DNA from: Octopus vulgaris
Taxonomy: Eukaryota
DNA length: 64,000 bases
Direction of reading: 5' to 3'
NCBI GenBank assembly: GCA_951406725.2
Contig: OX597820.1
Location: 23,312,001 to 23,376,000, forward strand
The position numbers and the translations under genes were made by a program. Under the pieces are notes generated by a model, which was not told where the DNA came from, searched no databases, and saw only the letters and a program-made list of their open reading frames with translations. The number at the start of each line of letters is the position of its first letter. Position 1 is the stretch's first letter. Positions 13,847-26,501 of the stretch are shown here, piece by piece.

Positions 13847-13886
13847 GTACCTGAAGAGACCCAGAATGGGTCGTAACATGTGGTAC
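13847..13886 (+). ncRNA. Degenerate minimal type-I hammerhead ribozyme motif (Penelope-type terminal repeat)
   Basis: gtac-CTGAAGA-GACCC-agaat-GGGTC-G(T)AA-catg-tg-gtac: CUGANGA core, perfect stem II, palindromic stem III. GAAA and the NUH triplet are mutated. Confidence 0.55.
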
Positions 13887-14334
13887 CCAATAAAATATTT
13901 TACTCATTCCATCTATTTTGTTAATAATGTTATCTCAACCGCCACTACAAATTTCCTGCAATAAATCTACAAGTAACAACAGGTATTCGATACTGTCCTG
14001 GTGCTTTACTCACCATCTATTTATACCCTCTCTCTCTTTCGGAGAGGCACAAGGCTCGGGGCTATAGCAGAAGACACCTACCCAAAGTGCCATGCAGTGG
14101 GACTGAACCCGAAACCATGTAGCTAGGAAGCAAGCTCCCTAATCACACAGCCATGCCCTTGTATAATTTCTCCATTTTATATATATATGTATATATTTTG
14201 AACAGACTTATTTCAGTTTCCATCAACCAAATCCACTAACAAGGCTTTAGTCGGCCTGAGGTTATAGTAGAAAACACTTGCCCAAGGTGTCACACAATGG
14301 AACTGAACCCAGAACCATGTGGTGGGGAAGCTTC

Positions 14335-14636
14335 TTAGCAACTGCTTGGGCTTCAGGGGACCACAGCTCTTCAATATCCTTCCTAAATACCTGAGAGAGA
14401 CCTGCATGGTGTGGATGTGGGTTTCTTTAAAACTAAACTGGATCTCTTCTTGTCAGGGGTTCCAGATGAACCTATCTCTCGGCAGGAAACACAGATGCAG
14501 GCAGCAGCATCGAACTCCCTTGTTGACCAAGTGCCACGTATCAGAGGTAGTTTCACATACTAGTGTAGCACATTCAACGGTGGAGCCCCAGCATGGCCGC
14601 AGCTTTTGGGCTGAAACATTTTAAAGGATTTAAGGA
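14335..14636 (+). mobile_element. CR1/L2-group LINE 3' end (ORF2 C-terminus plus 3' UTR)
   Basis: GFRGPQLFNILPKYLR, then frameshifted DLHGVDVGFFKTKLDLFLSGVPDEP...AAASNSLVDQ; 3' stem-loop and tttaaagga tail repeat. Confidence 0.85.
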
Positions 14637-16024
14637 TCTAAAAAAATATATAATAAAAAGAATTAAAGAATTAGGTTGGCAACTAAGTTCCCACCGTTTT
14701 TTAAAATTAAAATATTTTAAAAGGTTCAATAAAAAATAACAACTAATTAATAAAAGGGTGATAATATAGTTCTAAATTTTTTTATGAATAAAGGTCTATA
14801 AGGGGACTTTTAATATATTTCATCAGCATCATTGAGGTAAGAAAAAAACTATCAATGACACTGCAAAGTTGCAATTAGTTTAAGTACATCATCTGTATTA
14901 ATTAATGCAATTATATCATGTAAACACAGTCTTGTAATACCTGAGATGAGAAACAGAATCGTAGTAGTTTACATTGACAGGAATTTCTCAGTTTTTAAGA
15001 CTTCTCAAAGAATCATTCAACTATGAGAGCAGTTGAAGAAAATCCTTAAGGCTGCAATTTACTCACACACAGCATGTTTCAGAGCTTTGTCACTAATTCA
15101 GTTCTTAACCAAATTGAAAACTGTTAGCATTTTTGAAGAGGACTGGTCCCTGTAAGTAACTCCTCCAATCAAGTTTAGATCTAAATAACTTTTTTTATTT
15201 TAAAAGCAAAATATATCTATTTTAGCTTAAATGATAGAAGAAAGCATGAGGAATTTCATAGTTTTGGTCCTATGCAACTACTTGTATAAAAAAAGTTGTG
15301 AGGTAAAATATCATGAAAAAATATAAGGCAAAAAATTGGATGTAAGCATGATTAACTTTTTTTATTTTAAAAACAAACTATATTTTAATTAATCTTAAAT
15401 GTTAGAGCTAAAATTGAGGAATTATCTTATTTTTTTTGTTTTAGATTAAAACTCTTTTATTTTAATTCGATAATAATAATAATAATTCAATCACAAAAAT
15501 GGAAAAAATTAAAATATTATTTAGAAATTTATTAAATTTATTATTTAATTTTCAGTCAGGTAAAATTTTAAATTACTAATTGACACATTACTAATTAGCA
15601 TAATTAAGCTGGAAAAAACATGGATTACATGGATCTTATTTTTGCATTATTCTATTTATTGTACTAACTAATTATGTACTACTATTATTTTTTATAACCT
15701 ATTTTCAAATTTCTAATTATTAATTAATAATTAAAAAAATGAATTGTTTTAAAGTGCAAAAAATATTTTGAGTTATTTTAAATTTTTAATAGAAGTAACA
15801 AGTAATAACAAATAGAAGTAATAACTTGTAATAAAATTGTTAGTTTTAATAAAAGCTAATATTTTATTTGAAATTTTATCGTTAGCTGCAATATTTTAAG
15901 TAAAAATTTTCTTGTTCTGTACACAACCAGACTTGTACTGAACTATTCCAAGTGTAGTAACTGTACTTTTCCAGGTTTATAATCCTAAGAATATTATTTC
16001 TCTTGTTCACATTTTTCCATGTAA

Positions 16025-16345
16025 TCTCTATAAATGGCAAAATGTCTGTCTGTGTATGTGTGTGTGTGTTAGAGGTCTCACACTTTCTATGGTCATTCAA
16101 AACCGCCAAAGGGTGGGCGTGCACATCTTTACATTTCCCCAGTCACCCCGCAAAGCCATTAAAAAATCAATAGAAGCGACTTTTGTGAATTTTCTATCCA
16201 AAACCCAATCAAAATGCCCAAAACTTGATACGCCAATTGAATGCCAGCTAGCTGTATGTGATTGGTCAGAGATTTGGACAGTACTCACGTGTATGTGCAC
16301 ACACACGCAGCTGTATATGCAGGCAACGCCGGGTCATGGTGCTAG
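16025..16345 (+). mobile_element. Non-autonomous Helitron
   Basis: A|TCtctataaa 5' end; 3' ggcaacgccggg...gCTAG|T. A second such 3' end (gcaacaccggg..ctaCTAG|T) ends at 18227. Confidence 0.7.
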
Positions 16346-16919
16346 TATATATATATATATATATATAGATATACCTTTGAGTAACCATCTAGCAACATGT
16401 GGTTAGAAAATATTTATATTTCCATTCTACAAACTACACAGTCCAAGAGAAAAATCGGAGAAAAGAACTTAAAATATTCCAGCCTAAGCTAAATAAACAA
16501 TAACAATAATAATAATAATACTTATAAGTACTGTTTCTACTGCTACAACCCCTACCACAAACAATACTTAAGGTTCTCAAGATGACGATAGCTAAGTCAA
16601 GAGAAAAGTCAGTAAAAATAATCTTAGTTAGGGTTTAAAGTTCTATTACCATAGCTACTGCCACCACCACCAACAACAACGACAATAATAAAGGTGATGA
16701 TAATGGTGGGGACGATAATTGAAATGTAAAAATGTCCTGGCAAATGTTGTTTACAATATTTCTAAAGACAGCCAAACAATTACTGCTTTGGCCAGGGTCA
16801 AAATACAGATCTCTTGACATGTTCAACAAACCTTGACACCTAAACCAACACCAATGAATTTAAGTAATTTAGGAAAGCCACACACTAATTAGTCAGAATA
16901 CGGCTTTCAAAACTTAACA

Positions 16920-17440
16920 TTCTGGAGCCTATCAAAGGAAGGCTAATTGGGAAGATAGTTTTTGTCTGTGGCAGATGTTCAAGAGCAATAAACACAGAAA
17001 ATGTGCAGAGAACAACTTCTGCCGCATTCCGTTACCTAGGTGACCAAGTCAGTAGTGGGGGATGGTGCGCTGAAAGTGTAGCTGCTAGAATAAGAATAAC
17101 CTGGGCAAAGTTCAGAGAGCTCTTACCTCTGCTGGTGACAAAGGGCCTCTCGCTCAGAGTAAGAGGTAGACTGTATGACACGAGTATGAACAGCCATGCT
17201 ACATGGCAGTGAAACATGGACCATGACTGCTCAGGACATGCGTAAGCTCACAAGGAATGAAACCAGTATGCTCTGATAGATGTGTAATATCAGTGTGCAT
17301 ACTCAACAGCATGTTAGTACCTTGAGAGAAATGTTGTTCCTTCAACCGCTACGGTGTGGCACTTTTTCACACATCTATCCACATCCATTCTTTCCATATG
17401 GCCATACCAGCGCAGTCGTCTCTCTTGCACACCAAATCTG
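16920..17440 (+). mobile_element. RTE-clade LINE fragment (RT C-terminal region) with inverted last ~100 bp
   Basis: FVCGRCS..FRYLGDQVSSGG.CAESVAARIR.TWAKFRELLPLL..MLHGSETW on +; the continuation IRFGVQERRLRWYGHMERMD..CVKKCH..VEGT is on - (17337-17442). Confidence 0.88.
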
Positions 17441-17652
17441 ATGTCATGTAATGTTATGGGTTGGCCCTGCCCCTCTGGCTAATCTGACATGTAATGTTAT
17501 GGGTTGGACCTGCCCCTCTGGCGAATCTCCGATATGTCATGTAATGTTATGGGTTGGCCCTGCCCCTCTGGCGAATCTCCGATATGTCATGTAATGTTAT
17601 GGGTTGGCCCTGCCCCTCTGGCTAATCTGACATGTCATGTAATGTTATGGGT
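17441..17652. repeat. ~48-50 bp minisatellite, ~4.4 copies
   Basis: Unit atgtcatgtaatgttatgggttggccctgcccctctggc(g/t)aatct(ccgat/gac). Confidence 0.95.
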
Positions 17653-17654
17653 TC

Positions 17655-18160
17655 ATTACAGAGATACCACCATGTTTCACAGTTGGTTGGAGTCGTTTCA
17701 AATCAAATTCTTGATTGGGAAGCCTCCAGACCCAAACGCATCTACTGTCTGAAAATAATGCAAATCTGAGTTCATCTGAGAAAATCACACTATCCTAAAA
17801 TGAACTGGATTTTTCTGGCATCTCCTCATTTCATGATATTAATTGGTTGAAGGAGAGGTATTCTTCTAGTGACTCTTCCATAATATCCAAGCTTACGCAG
17901 ATATGTAACACACGTTCTTGGACTAATTTCTAGCTGTTTTGCAATATCAGAACCTTTGAACGGGGTTCATTTTCCACAATTCTCTTCAAACAGCGAAGCT
18001 TCCTTTCCAAGGGCCCAGGTCAGCCAGGACGAGAATCTGTTGATTCTTTCCTTGGCTTTTGAATTGCCCTATAATTTTATTTACAGTAGCAAAAGGAATT
18101 TGAAGATTTTCGGCAATTTTTCACTGGCAAAGACCAGCCTCAGATTGCCCAACAACATAT
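17655..18160 (-). mobile_element. Tc1 transposase remnant
   Basis: Minus strand reads [47 protein letters not shown] (FSDE..F and PTVKHGG motifs), with an upstream HTH-like IAENLQIP.ATVNKII containing stops. Confidence 0.88.
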
Positions 18161-18698
18161 TTTACTCTTTTCTTCCAATATATAAGGAAAAATTTCATTC
18201 TCAAGCAACACCGGGTGCCTCTACTAGTAAATATATATATATATCATCATCATCGTTTAACGTCTGCTTTCCATGCTAGCATGGGTTGGAAGATTTGACT
18301 AAGGACTGACAAACCAGATGGCTATATACTCTTTTACTTGTTTCAGTCATTTGACTGCGGCCATGCTGGAGCACCACCTTTAGTCGAGCAAATCGACCCC
18401 GAGACTTATTCTTTGTAAGCCCAGTACTTATTCTATCGGTCTCTTTTGCCGAACCGCTAAGTGACGGGGACGTACACACACCAGCATTGGTTGTCAAGCA
18501 ATGCTAGGGGGACAAACACAGACACACACATACGACAGGCTTCTTTCAGTTTCCGTCAACCAAATCCACTCACAAGGCATTGGTCGGCCCGGGGCTATAG
18601 CAGAAGACACTTGCCCAAGATGCCACGCAGTGGGACTGAACCCGGAACCATGTGGTTGGTAAGCAAGCTACTTACCACACAGCCACTCCTGCACCTAC

Positions 18699-18729
<31 letters not shown>

Positions 18730-19634
18730 AATATACACACACATATATAAATAGAGTATGTGGCCCAGGAGCCAGGGAGGCAGCAGCAGCAAAACGTTTG
18801 TGGATCACTGCATATCAATATCTCTATTTAACATGTTATGCTCTTTTTTCCTTAGTCACAGTTCTTACAACAATTACTATTGTATTTTCATGGTTGATTA
18901 AAAACCAATGCTTTTTATTTATTTTACAACTGGTTGCTTTTCCTGCTGCTAGTCATTCAACCATGCATTCAGTCAGCCAGTTGGAGCAAGTAGATTTAAA
19001 TAACTGATAATAGTAAAGTTTCAACTTATGAACACCAAGGTTAGCAGTTTTGTTAAATCTAGGTTAACATGCTTAACAAAATAAACTGGAAAATTTCCTT
19101 TTATCAATAGAAAATTATACCCATAAATTACATAGAACTATGCCAAAAGGAGTAAACCTGATTATTAGCATAAGAGTTTTTGTGATAACTCTGAATATGT
19201 TTTGATTTTATTAATCCTTTTCATCCAAGTCTTTGGCTGGATGCAAGGCTGTTGATCTCAGTGGAAATCTAAACTCATGGAGCCACTCAAATAATTGTGC
19301 CAGAGTTAAATAATAATGATATGTTATGTAAATTGCTATTGAGTAAAAGAATCAATTGAGTGATTTACAATTATCTCTCCTTGTTACTAGAATTGGCTTG
19401 CATGCAATTCTAGGAAATTAACAGAGGTGAAGTACTCAGAGGTGTCATCTGCATAGAATTAACAATAGTCAAGTTAGAGATAACATAATACAGAAAGATA
19501 CAAAAATCTAATAAGAAGTCTGCAATTACTGAGAGATGCTTTCTGCACAAAAAAAAAAAAAAAAAAAAAAGTAGCCGAATTGTATGTACTTCCTGAAGGG
19601 AATAACTCTTTTGATAATAACCCGCCTGAAATCA

Positions 19635-20015
19635 TCTCTGATGAGCCCAGTTAGCCAAAGCAAGCCAGTCTGGCCAGGTGGTGCAAGTCAGGGCTGGCAG
19701 TGAGACCCATCCAGTTTGAGCAATCTAGTTCAGCCATCCTATGTAGCCCAATTCTGAAATCCAGGAAGCTCAGCCGACCCAGACAGTAGAGCCCAGGTTA
19801 CCCAGCCTAGTTAGACCTAACAGCCTAGGTAAGCAAGCCCTTCCATCCCAGGTATCCCAAATAAGTCAGCTCAGTCAACTCAAGTGCAGGCCAACCAACT
19901 TGCCAGCTCAGAAAGGTCATCTTGGCCACACCTGTCAAGTTAGCCTTGCTTGGCCATCCAAGTTGCTCAGCCCAGCCAGAACAGCACAAGAAGGCCAACT
20001 CAACCAGTCCACATT
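19635..20015. repeat. Degenerate (CAGCC/CAGCT/CCCAG)-type short-period repeat
   Basis: GC-richer island of recurrent cagcc, gccca, ccagt, cagct pentamers; C-rich on + and G-rich on -. Confidence 0.6.
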
Positions 20016-20549
20016 CCTACCTTCCTTTTCAAACAGAAGAAAGAAAATCTTAAGCCTATATCATTCACATCATTTTGAATTAATCATGTATTATATCTCA
20101 TAGCTTCAAGATTTTGATGATGCAATCGCTTATTTTAAGAATAACATTGTAAGGTAGGTGTGAGAGGCCAAATCTAACCAGTTTGAATATAAAATAGAAC
20201 ATTTCAGCTGGATATGGCCGGTTTAAATACTAAAGGATTAATAAACTTATCAAGATTTGCTGGTAACAACAAATTTTCAAGATGTTTGTTGCTTCATTTG
20301 AAATATAGATTTTTCCTGAAATATTATAGGTTTATTAAACAACCTTTCTTTCTAAGATAATACAATAACTTTGTTTTCAATCATTGGCATCAGCTTATGT
20401 GCTTACATTAACTCCTCACCTGCATCGTTCAAAAGATTTTATTATCATTTCATTATTTAAAAAAATATCTGAATTACCTCAAATGGAAAATTTTAGAAAC
20501 ATTTTGCTAAAAATTAAACATACAGGCAACTTTTATTTGAAGAAATATG

Positions 20550-20600
20550 CAAATAAAAGAAACAGGTCAAGAAAGAAAATAGAACATTTTGTTTTTATTA
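20550..20600 (-). terminator. Candidate distal polyadenylation site (AATAAA plus downstream U/GU-rich element)
   Basis: Plus-strand tttatt at ~20594-20599 reads AATAAA on minus. About 15-45 nt downstream on minus lies attttctttcttgacctgtttcttttattt. Confidence 0.35.
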
Positions 20601-21996
20601 ACAAGAAAATAATGAAATATATATATTTTTTTCAAAAACTGGTTCACAATAAGCACATTAGCATATAACAATACAAGTCATAGGGTAAACAAACAACAAA
20701 ATGTATATACATGAACTTGGTTAAATATTATCATATTCAGTTGCGTATTCTTGTTTTCCATAAACAACAAAACACCAAATGCAAAGTCACTGATATATTT
20801 ATGAATGCTTATAAATATTTAGTTTATATTTACAAAGTGTAGATTCAATTCTTATGTAATGGTTTAAATTATTTTTAGTGTGAAGAGATAATTTTAAACA
20901 TCCTGGCTTGCTAAAAAAGAAGGGAACAATGTTAGTGTGTAGGAGGTGTCCCAACTGAGAAGATGTCTGCCCTAACTAGCATTTTAGCTTGGTGTTAAAA
21001 CACAATGAATGTATATAATCCCTCAACTGAATTCCATCTGCAAATAAAATGTTATGTTCCTTGATCTAGCTCAAATTTAATAGTTAGTGTAAGCATGTTT
21101 TTTTTTTTTTACAATTGAGTGTTTGGAAGACTAAATCCTGCTATTGTTATTTTCAAAACTGGTACAATTACCTATATCATGATAATTGCAAAGACTATAT
21201 ATTTTAAATGTTCTCTTAAAAGACAGAGTAGGAGGAGGGGAGAAACAACAATTTGCTAGCCTTTTACAAAAAAAAAAAAAAAAAAGCTAAATGTGTAACA
21301 TCTTTAAGTAGATACCACATGTGGCAACTGTCAACCATAAAAAATCAGAAACAGTGTTAAACGGTTGAACATTTTATTTGCAGAGCTAAATGTCAACCTT
21401 TGCTGCACAACTGGAATGTAGAGAGGGATGGGCTCTGCAAGGTTATTTGTCTTTAACATTTAATGAAGATGGAGTTTTCATGTGGTGCTTCTATGACTCA
21501 CTGGGTTACGAAACTTGGGTATTATTTTTTTTTATATTAATCATTGTATATTAACTAAATCTTATTCAGCATTTCATTATATAAGTTACTTTTTAAGTTT
21601 TACATTCACAAATTGCAGTTTTATCAAGTTCTTCCAAGGTGGTGGGGGGGAGAAAAAAAAAAGGTGAAAATTAAAACTACTGCTACAAACGATTTCAAAT
21701 AAATTTCAGATTAAACAACAGAACAAAATTAATTATCAAAATTGTCAAAATTTAATTAAGAATTAAAAAAAAAAAAAAAAGAAAAAAAGAAGTTAACAAC
21801 AAAGGTATTCTGCAACAATGATGAACAGAACAGTACAATGGTGAATGAAAGTATGGATGACAAGAAAAATAAAAGCTGCTTACATATCACATGAATATTT
21901 ATCTTTCTTCTTGCTGTACATTGTTTCAATTCACACATGTATGTTTAGTTGCATGCAAACAGATGAATCCACACATGAACTCTCTATCTCTCTCTC

Positions 21997-22031
<35 letters not shown>

Positions 22032-23050
22032 AAATATGTATATATATACATATAACAATTTAGCTAGGTGTAAAAATCACCCAAGGGATATTAAATATCC
22101 GAAGAATTTACTGGTTTTTATTACCTATATCCATATAACAACGTTATTCCAATAGGTAAATAAAAAACAATAAACATACAGTTTATTAATATATAATATA
22201 TATTAATATATAATATTAATATATAAATATATGGCCACAGGTCATGAGCTGAAACTAGATAAAAAAAAAAAGAAATGGAAAACAAAACAATAAATCGAAC
22301 AATTTAAATATTTTATACAAACAAAAGCTTTAATTTATGAGATGTGTCATTTGTTTGTATAAAATACTTAAATTGAATTATAATTGTTCAATCTTTGATT
22401 TCCATTTTTTATTTATAATATGTATATGCACACACACACACATAAATTATTTGTTATATGCAACAGAAGCAGTATTTGATTAAAAATGGTCATCTTTGTA
22501 TCATACTTAAGGTAAATTACTGCAATATTCATCCAAAGAAAATAACTTCCACACAATTTCCATCCACTACTGATACATTTATGCTTTTCAACACATGTCC
22601 ATAAAAGAGATCATATATATATATGAATATACAATATATATTTGCCTACATATACATATGTATTTGCATATAAGATACACATATATATATATATACATAC
22701 ATACACACACACACACATAATACACCCATCATTTGCAGCTGAGGGTCACTTGTTTGTATAAACAATGCATTGACTATTTGCTATAAGTTCCAATGTAGTG
22801 ACAAGCAGAGTTCGTTTCAGCACTCCTACCTTTGACACAGTATGAACACCAAAGATATGACAGCTAGAGGGATAGAGGAGGGCTGCACCAGCACTGGGTC
22901 TATTGTGTATGCTACATTATCACTTCCAAAAGAATGAAAGAGAAAGCTGATGTTGGCAGGAACCCTGGGCAGAAAAACTATCACAACACATTCTAGCTGA
23001 TGTTCTAACAACTAGTAATCAGTCTATTGTGTTATTGCATGCATACATAC

Positions 23051-23124
<74 letters not shown>

Positions 23125-23134
23125 ATATATATAT

Positions 23135-23186
<52 letters not shown>

Positions 23187-23757
23187 CAAACATTTTATTT
23201 GCATATACAACAACCCATGTTGCTAACCATGAACTATAAAATTAGCTTTTTTCAGCTTATTGTACTTTCATACAGGAAAAATTCACAACTTTCTGAGCCA
23301 ATAAACCACTATTGTTCTTGAAAATTGTTTTTTTTTTAGTATTTCCTAAGGATTATTTGAAGCTCACTTTGATCCTTGAATCTTACCATTTCATGCATAT
23401 ATATATACATATATATATATACACACACACTCAAAAAAGGGCACTGTGAAATGTAACGTAGTAGCCTAAAATTGGGCTCAGTGGTGTTCCACTCTTGACT
23501 CTAGTTCAGAGCAGTACAACACAGGGCATCAACACTGGGACAGGCTCGTGTATGAGATAAGAGTCAAATGATAGAATAATAATTCACAGAAGATAGGTAT
23601 AGCAATCACTGTTTTAAAGGACATATATGATATGTATTTCAACAAAATGCCATAATAATTACATAACATTTAGGAATATTGTGCAAGCATTCACTTCACC
23701 TCAGTGCTCTGCATATAATTTATACAGCATTGAATGCCATACCTGCATTCTGTGAAT

Positions 23758-23795
<38 letters not shown>

Positions 23796-25205
23796 ACATA
23801 CACAAAAGTGAATATTGTTAAGCATAAACAATCCATTCCCCAAATGAAAGTGGTGTAAGAAAATCACAAATGGAGTGGCTTAGCAACAGGAAGTTGGCTG
23901 ATGGAAGGATGAGATTCTGCCCCTAGTTGTGCAGCTGTGTCCACCCTAAGCTATAGGTTTCAATTATATATAAACACACACACACACACACACATTTATG
24001 TACAATTGTACAACATACAGACAACAGTGATTAAAAGGCACCCGATATTAGAGTCAGAGTAATAGTCAAATAAGATAACACTGAATATTCAAGAATGCTA
24101 TTTAGCTATAGTTTCATCATTCAAATTTTTGGAAATAGTTTACTATAAATAGGATATATAAAACTGTTTCTGAGGATTAACCATAGGTAATACTATAGTT
24201 AAATATTATTAAATTTATTCAGTGCTTCCCTTCATTTATTTAAGTGTGTATGTATGTATGTATGTGTGTGTGTGTGTATATGTAATACATCACGTATAAT
24301 ATAAAAATATACATATATAGATGGATGGATGGGTAAATAGATAAATAGAGAGATATGTTTATAATATTGTTGACAGTTTGCTATAGGTCTCACCCTGAGC
24401 TTGGTTGTTCATGACTGCAGAATAGAATAAATTGCTTGTAGTTTACATAAAACTGGGTTGACTTTCATTTAAATTTAGTTTTTGGAAACTAATTTAAATA
24501 TGAAGGGATTGTATTAGTAAGTCATTGTTAATGTGTTTGTAAGTATGTTTGGGTCAGGACAATCATTAACTCTACTCATGTTTTGCATTATCTATAAATT
24601 TAAATGAAATTATAAGAAAAAAGTTAAATTATTGGGGCATGTATGTGTCTATGCACACATATATTTCAATGCAATTGTTCTACTCAATAATTCTTTGAAG
24701 TCTCAATATTGTATTTACTATATACTAAGCTGAGCACTAATATTCTTTTGATAAGTATACTAAGATACAATCTGTATTTCTGGACATGATTTATACTAGT
24801 CAATTGTCCAACAACTTATTTTCTGATGTCTATATTCCTCTTTTTGCTTTTCTGTATTTTTCCTTGTTTTTTTTTTATGTCTTCAACCTATGTAAAAGTA
24901 GAACTGAATTTTGTAGCTCATATTTCAAAGGCACTTCCTGGCAAGATGGCTCTTATGAGTTACTTAATAAATGCGTTATGCAGCAATTATTAAAACGGCA
25001 GTAGGAATAAATATTTTGAAATACTCCTGATATTGTTTACTATTGTTCTTTCAAATACATTTTGTTCTTTTCATGTGTTATAACATATTTCATAGTATAT
25101 GCAACATATTACATGTGTAATTTGAGGAGTTTAATTGCAACGAACTATATTGAGTTCTAATATAGCTGGATACATGTTATGCATACACAGTATATCATAA
25201 TGATG

Positions 25206-25257
<52 letters not shown>

Positions 25258-25334
25258 GGAATATTATTCCAAACTTACAGGGAAAAATTCAATTTAGAGA
25301 TACTAAATCAAATTTTACAAAATATAATATATAT

Positions 25335-25637
25335 ATATATAAATTAGAAAAAAACCATCTTTTATCAATTCAATAATGGAAAATTAAATTACACCATCTA
25401 GAAAATTACATATAGAAAAATCAAATATAAGATAAAAATATAACGATTAAGTAATGTGCAAAATAATAAATAAAACGTATATATACCAAATATATATGTT
25501 TTATTTATTATTTTGCACATTACTTAATCATCGTTATATTATTTTTTTTATCTTATATTCAATTTTTCTTTATGTAATTTTCTAGATGGTGTAATTTAAT
25601 TTTTCATTATTGAATTGATAAGGTGTTTTTTTTTCTA

Positions 25638-25650
<13 letters not shown>
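25335..25650. mobile_element. Fold-back element within (TA)n
   Basis: aattagaaaaaaaccatc...attaagtaatgtgcaaaataataaataaaac versus gttttatttattattttgcacattacttaat...tttttttctaatt. Confidence 0.85.
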
Positions 25651-25674
<24 letters not shown>

Positions 25675-25675
<1 letters not shown>

Positions 25676-25818
25676 TTTATTATTAAAGCTGCAAAAACAT
25701 CACAAAAAAACTGTTACTCAGAGTTTCAGGTTTCTGTTCGTTGGACAATTTGGGTTGAATGTGAAACTCTGAGTAACAGTTTTTAAAAATATCTTTTGCA
25801 GCTTTAATAATAAAGCAT
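25675..25818. repeat. Hairpin element
   Basis: ctttattattaaagctgcaaaa..actgttactcagagtttca / tgaaactctgagtaacagt..ttttgcagctttaataataaag. Confidence 0.85.
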
Positions 25819-26501
25819 ATTACTCTACCTCCAGTATTCGAGTACTATTTTCTTCCATCTTGTTTCACATTTATGTGCTTACTTTGGTGTATGTGTGTGT
25901 GTGTGTGTATATGCATATATATATATGCGCACACACACAATACTGTTATATATGTGTGTGTGTATGGGCATGTCTATAAATGTGCACACACATACATATA
26001 TATATATTGTTACTCATAAGAATGTAAATTTTCAGTATTCTTAACTTGTTTACTGAATGAAGAATTTAACTTAGAAAATAGAAAAAAGAAGGAGTGTTAT
26101 GTGATAGTATGAACACTCAATTGTATAAATATCAAATGCATTAGCAATTATTAAGTTAATGCAATGCTATTCATTTTGACAAGAAAGAAATTGTTGAAAA
26201 TCTGTTTAAACCAGTTAACATCCTATTCACTTGCCAAGCTAACACGAAAAAAACAAAATCCATTCATTGAAGAAAAATCTGTTTCTATACTTTTTAGTTT
26301 TTATCAAAAATTCTTTATGATGACCAAGTATTAAAAATGTGTATTTAAACACATTATTTGACGTATTGATTGTGTCTAGCTGGTTGTTAGGGTATGGTTT
26401 AGTAATTGTATAAGTGAAATTGAAGCATGGTTTGACTGGAAATACATGAATAGTGGATAGATGAATGAGTCTATGTATGCATATATATGTGTGTGTATGG
26501 T

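Noticed and set aside
14671-14700. Mariner-like TIR (ttaggttggcaactaagttc)
   Set aside because: No matching second TIR or transposase was found, so it is not called as an element.
17441-17652. Repeat array as CRISPR
   Set aside because: The units are contiguous near-identical copies with no unique spacers, there are no cas genes, and the context is eukaryotic.
19637-19665. CTGATGAG as a hammerhead core
   Set aside because: No convincing stem II or GAAA follows.
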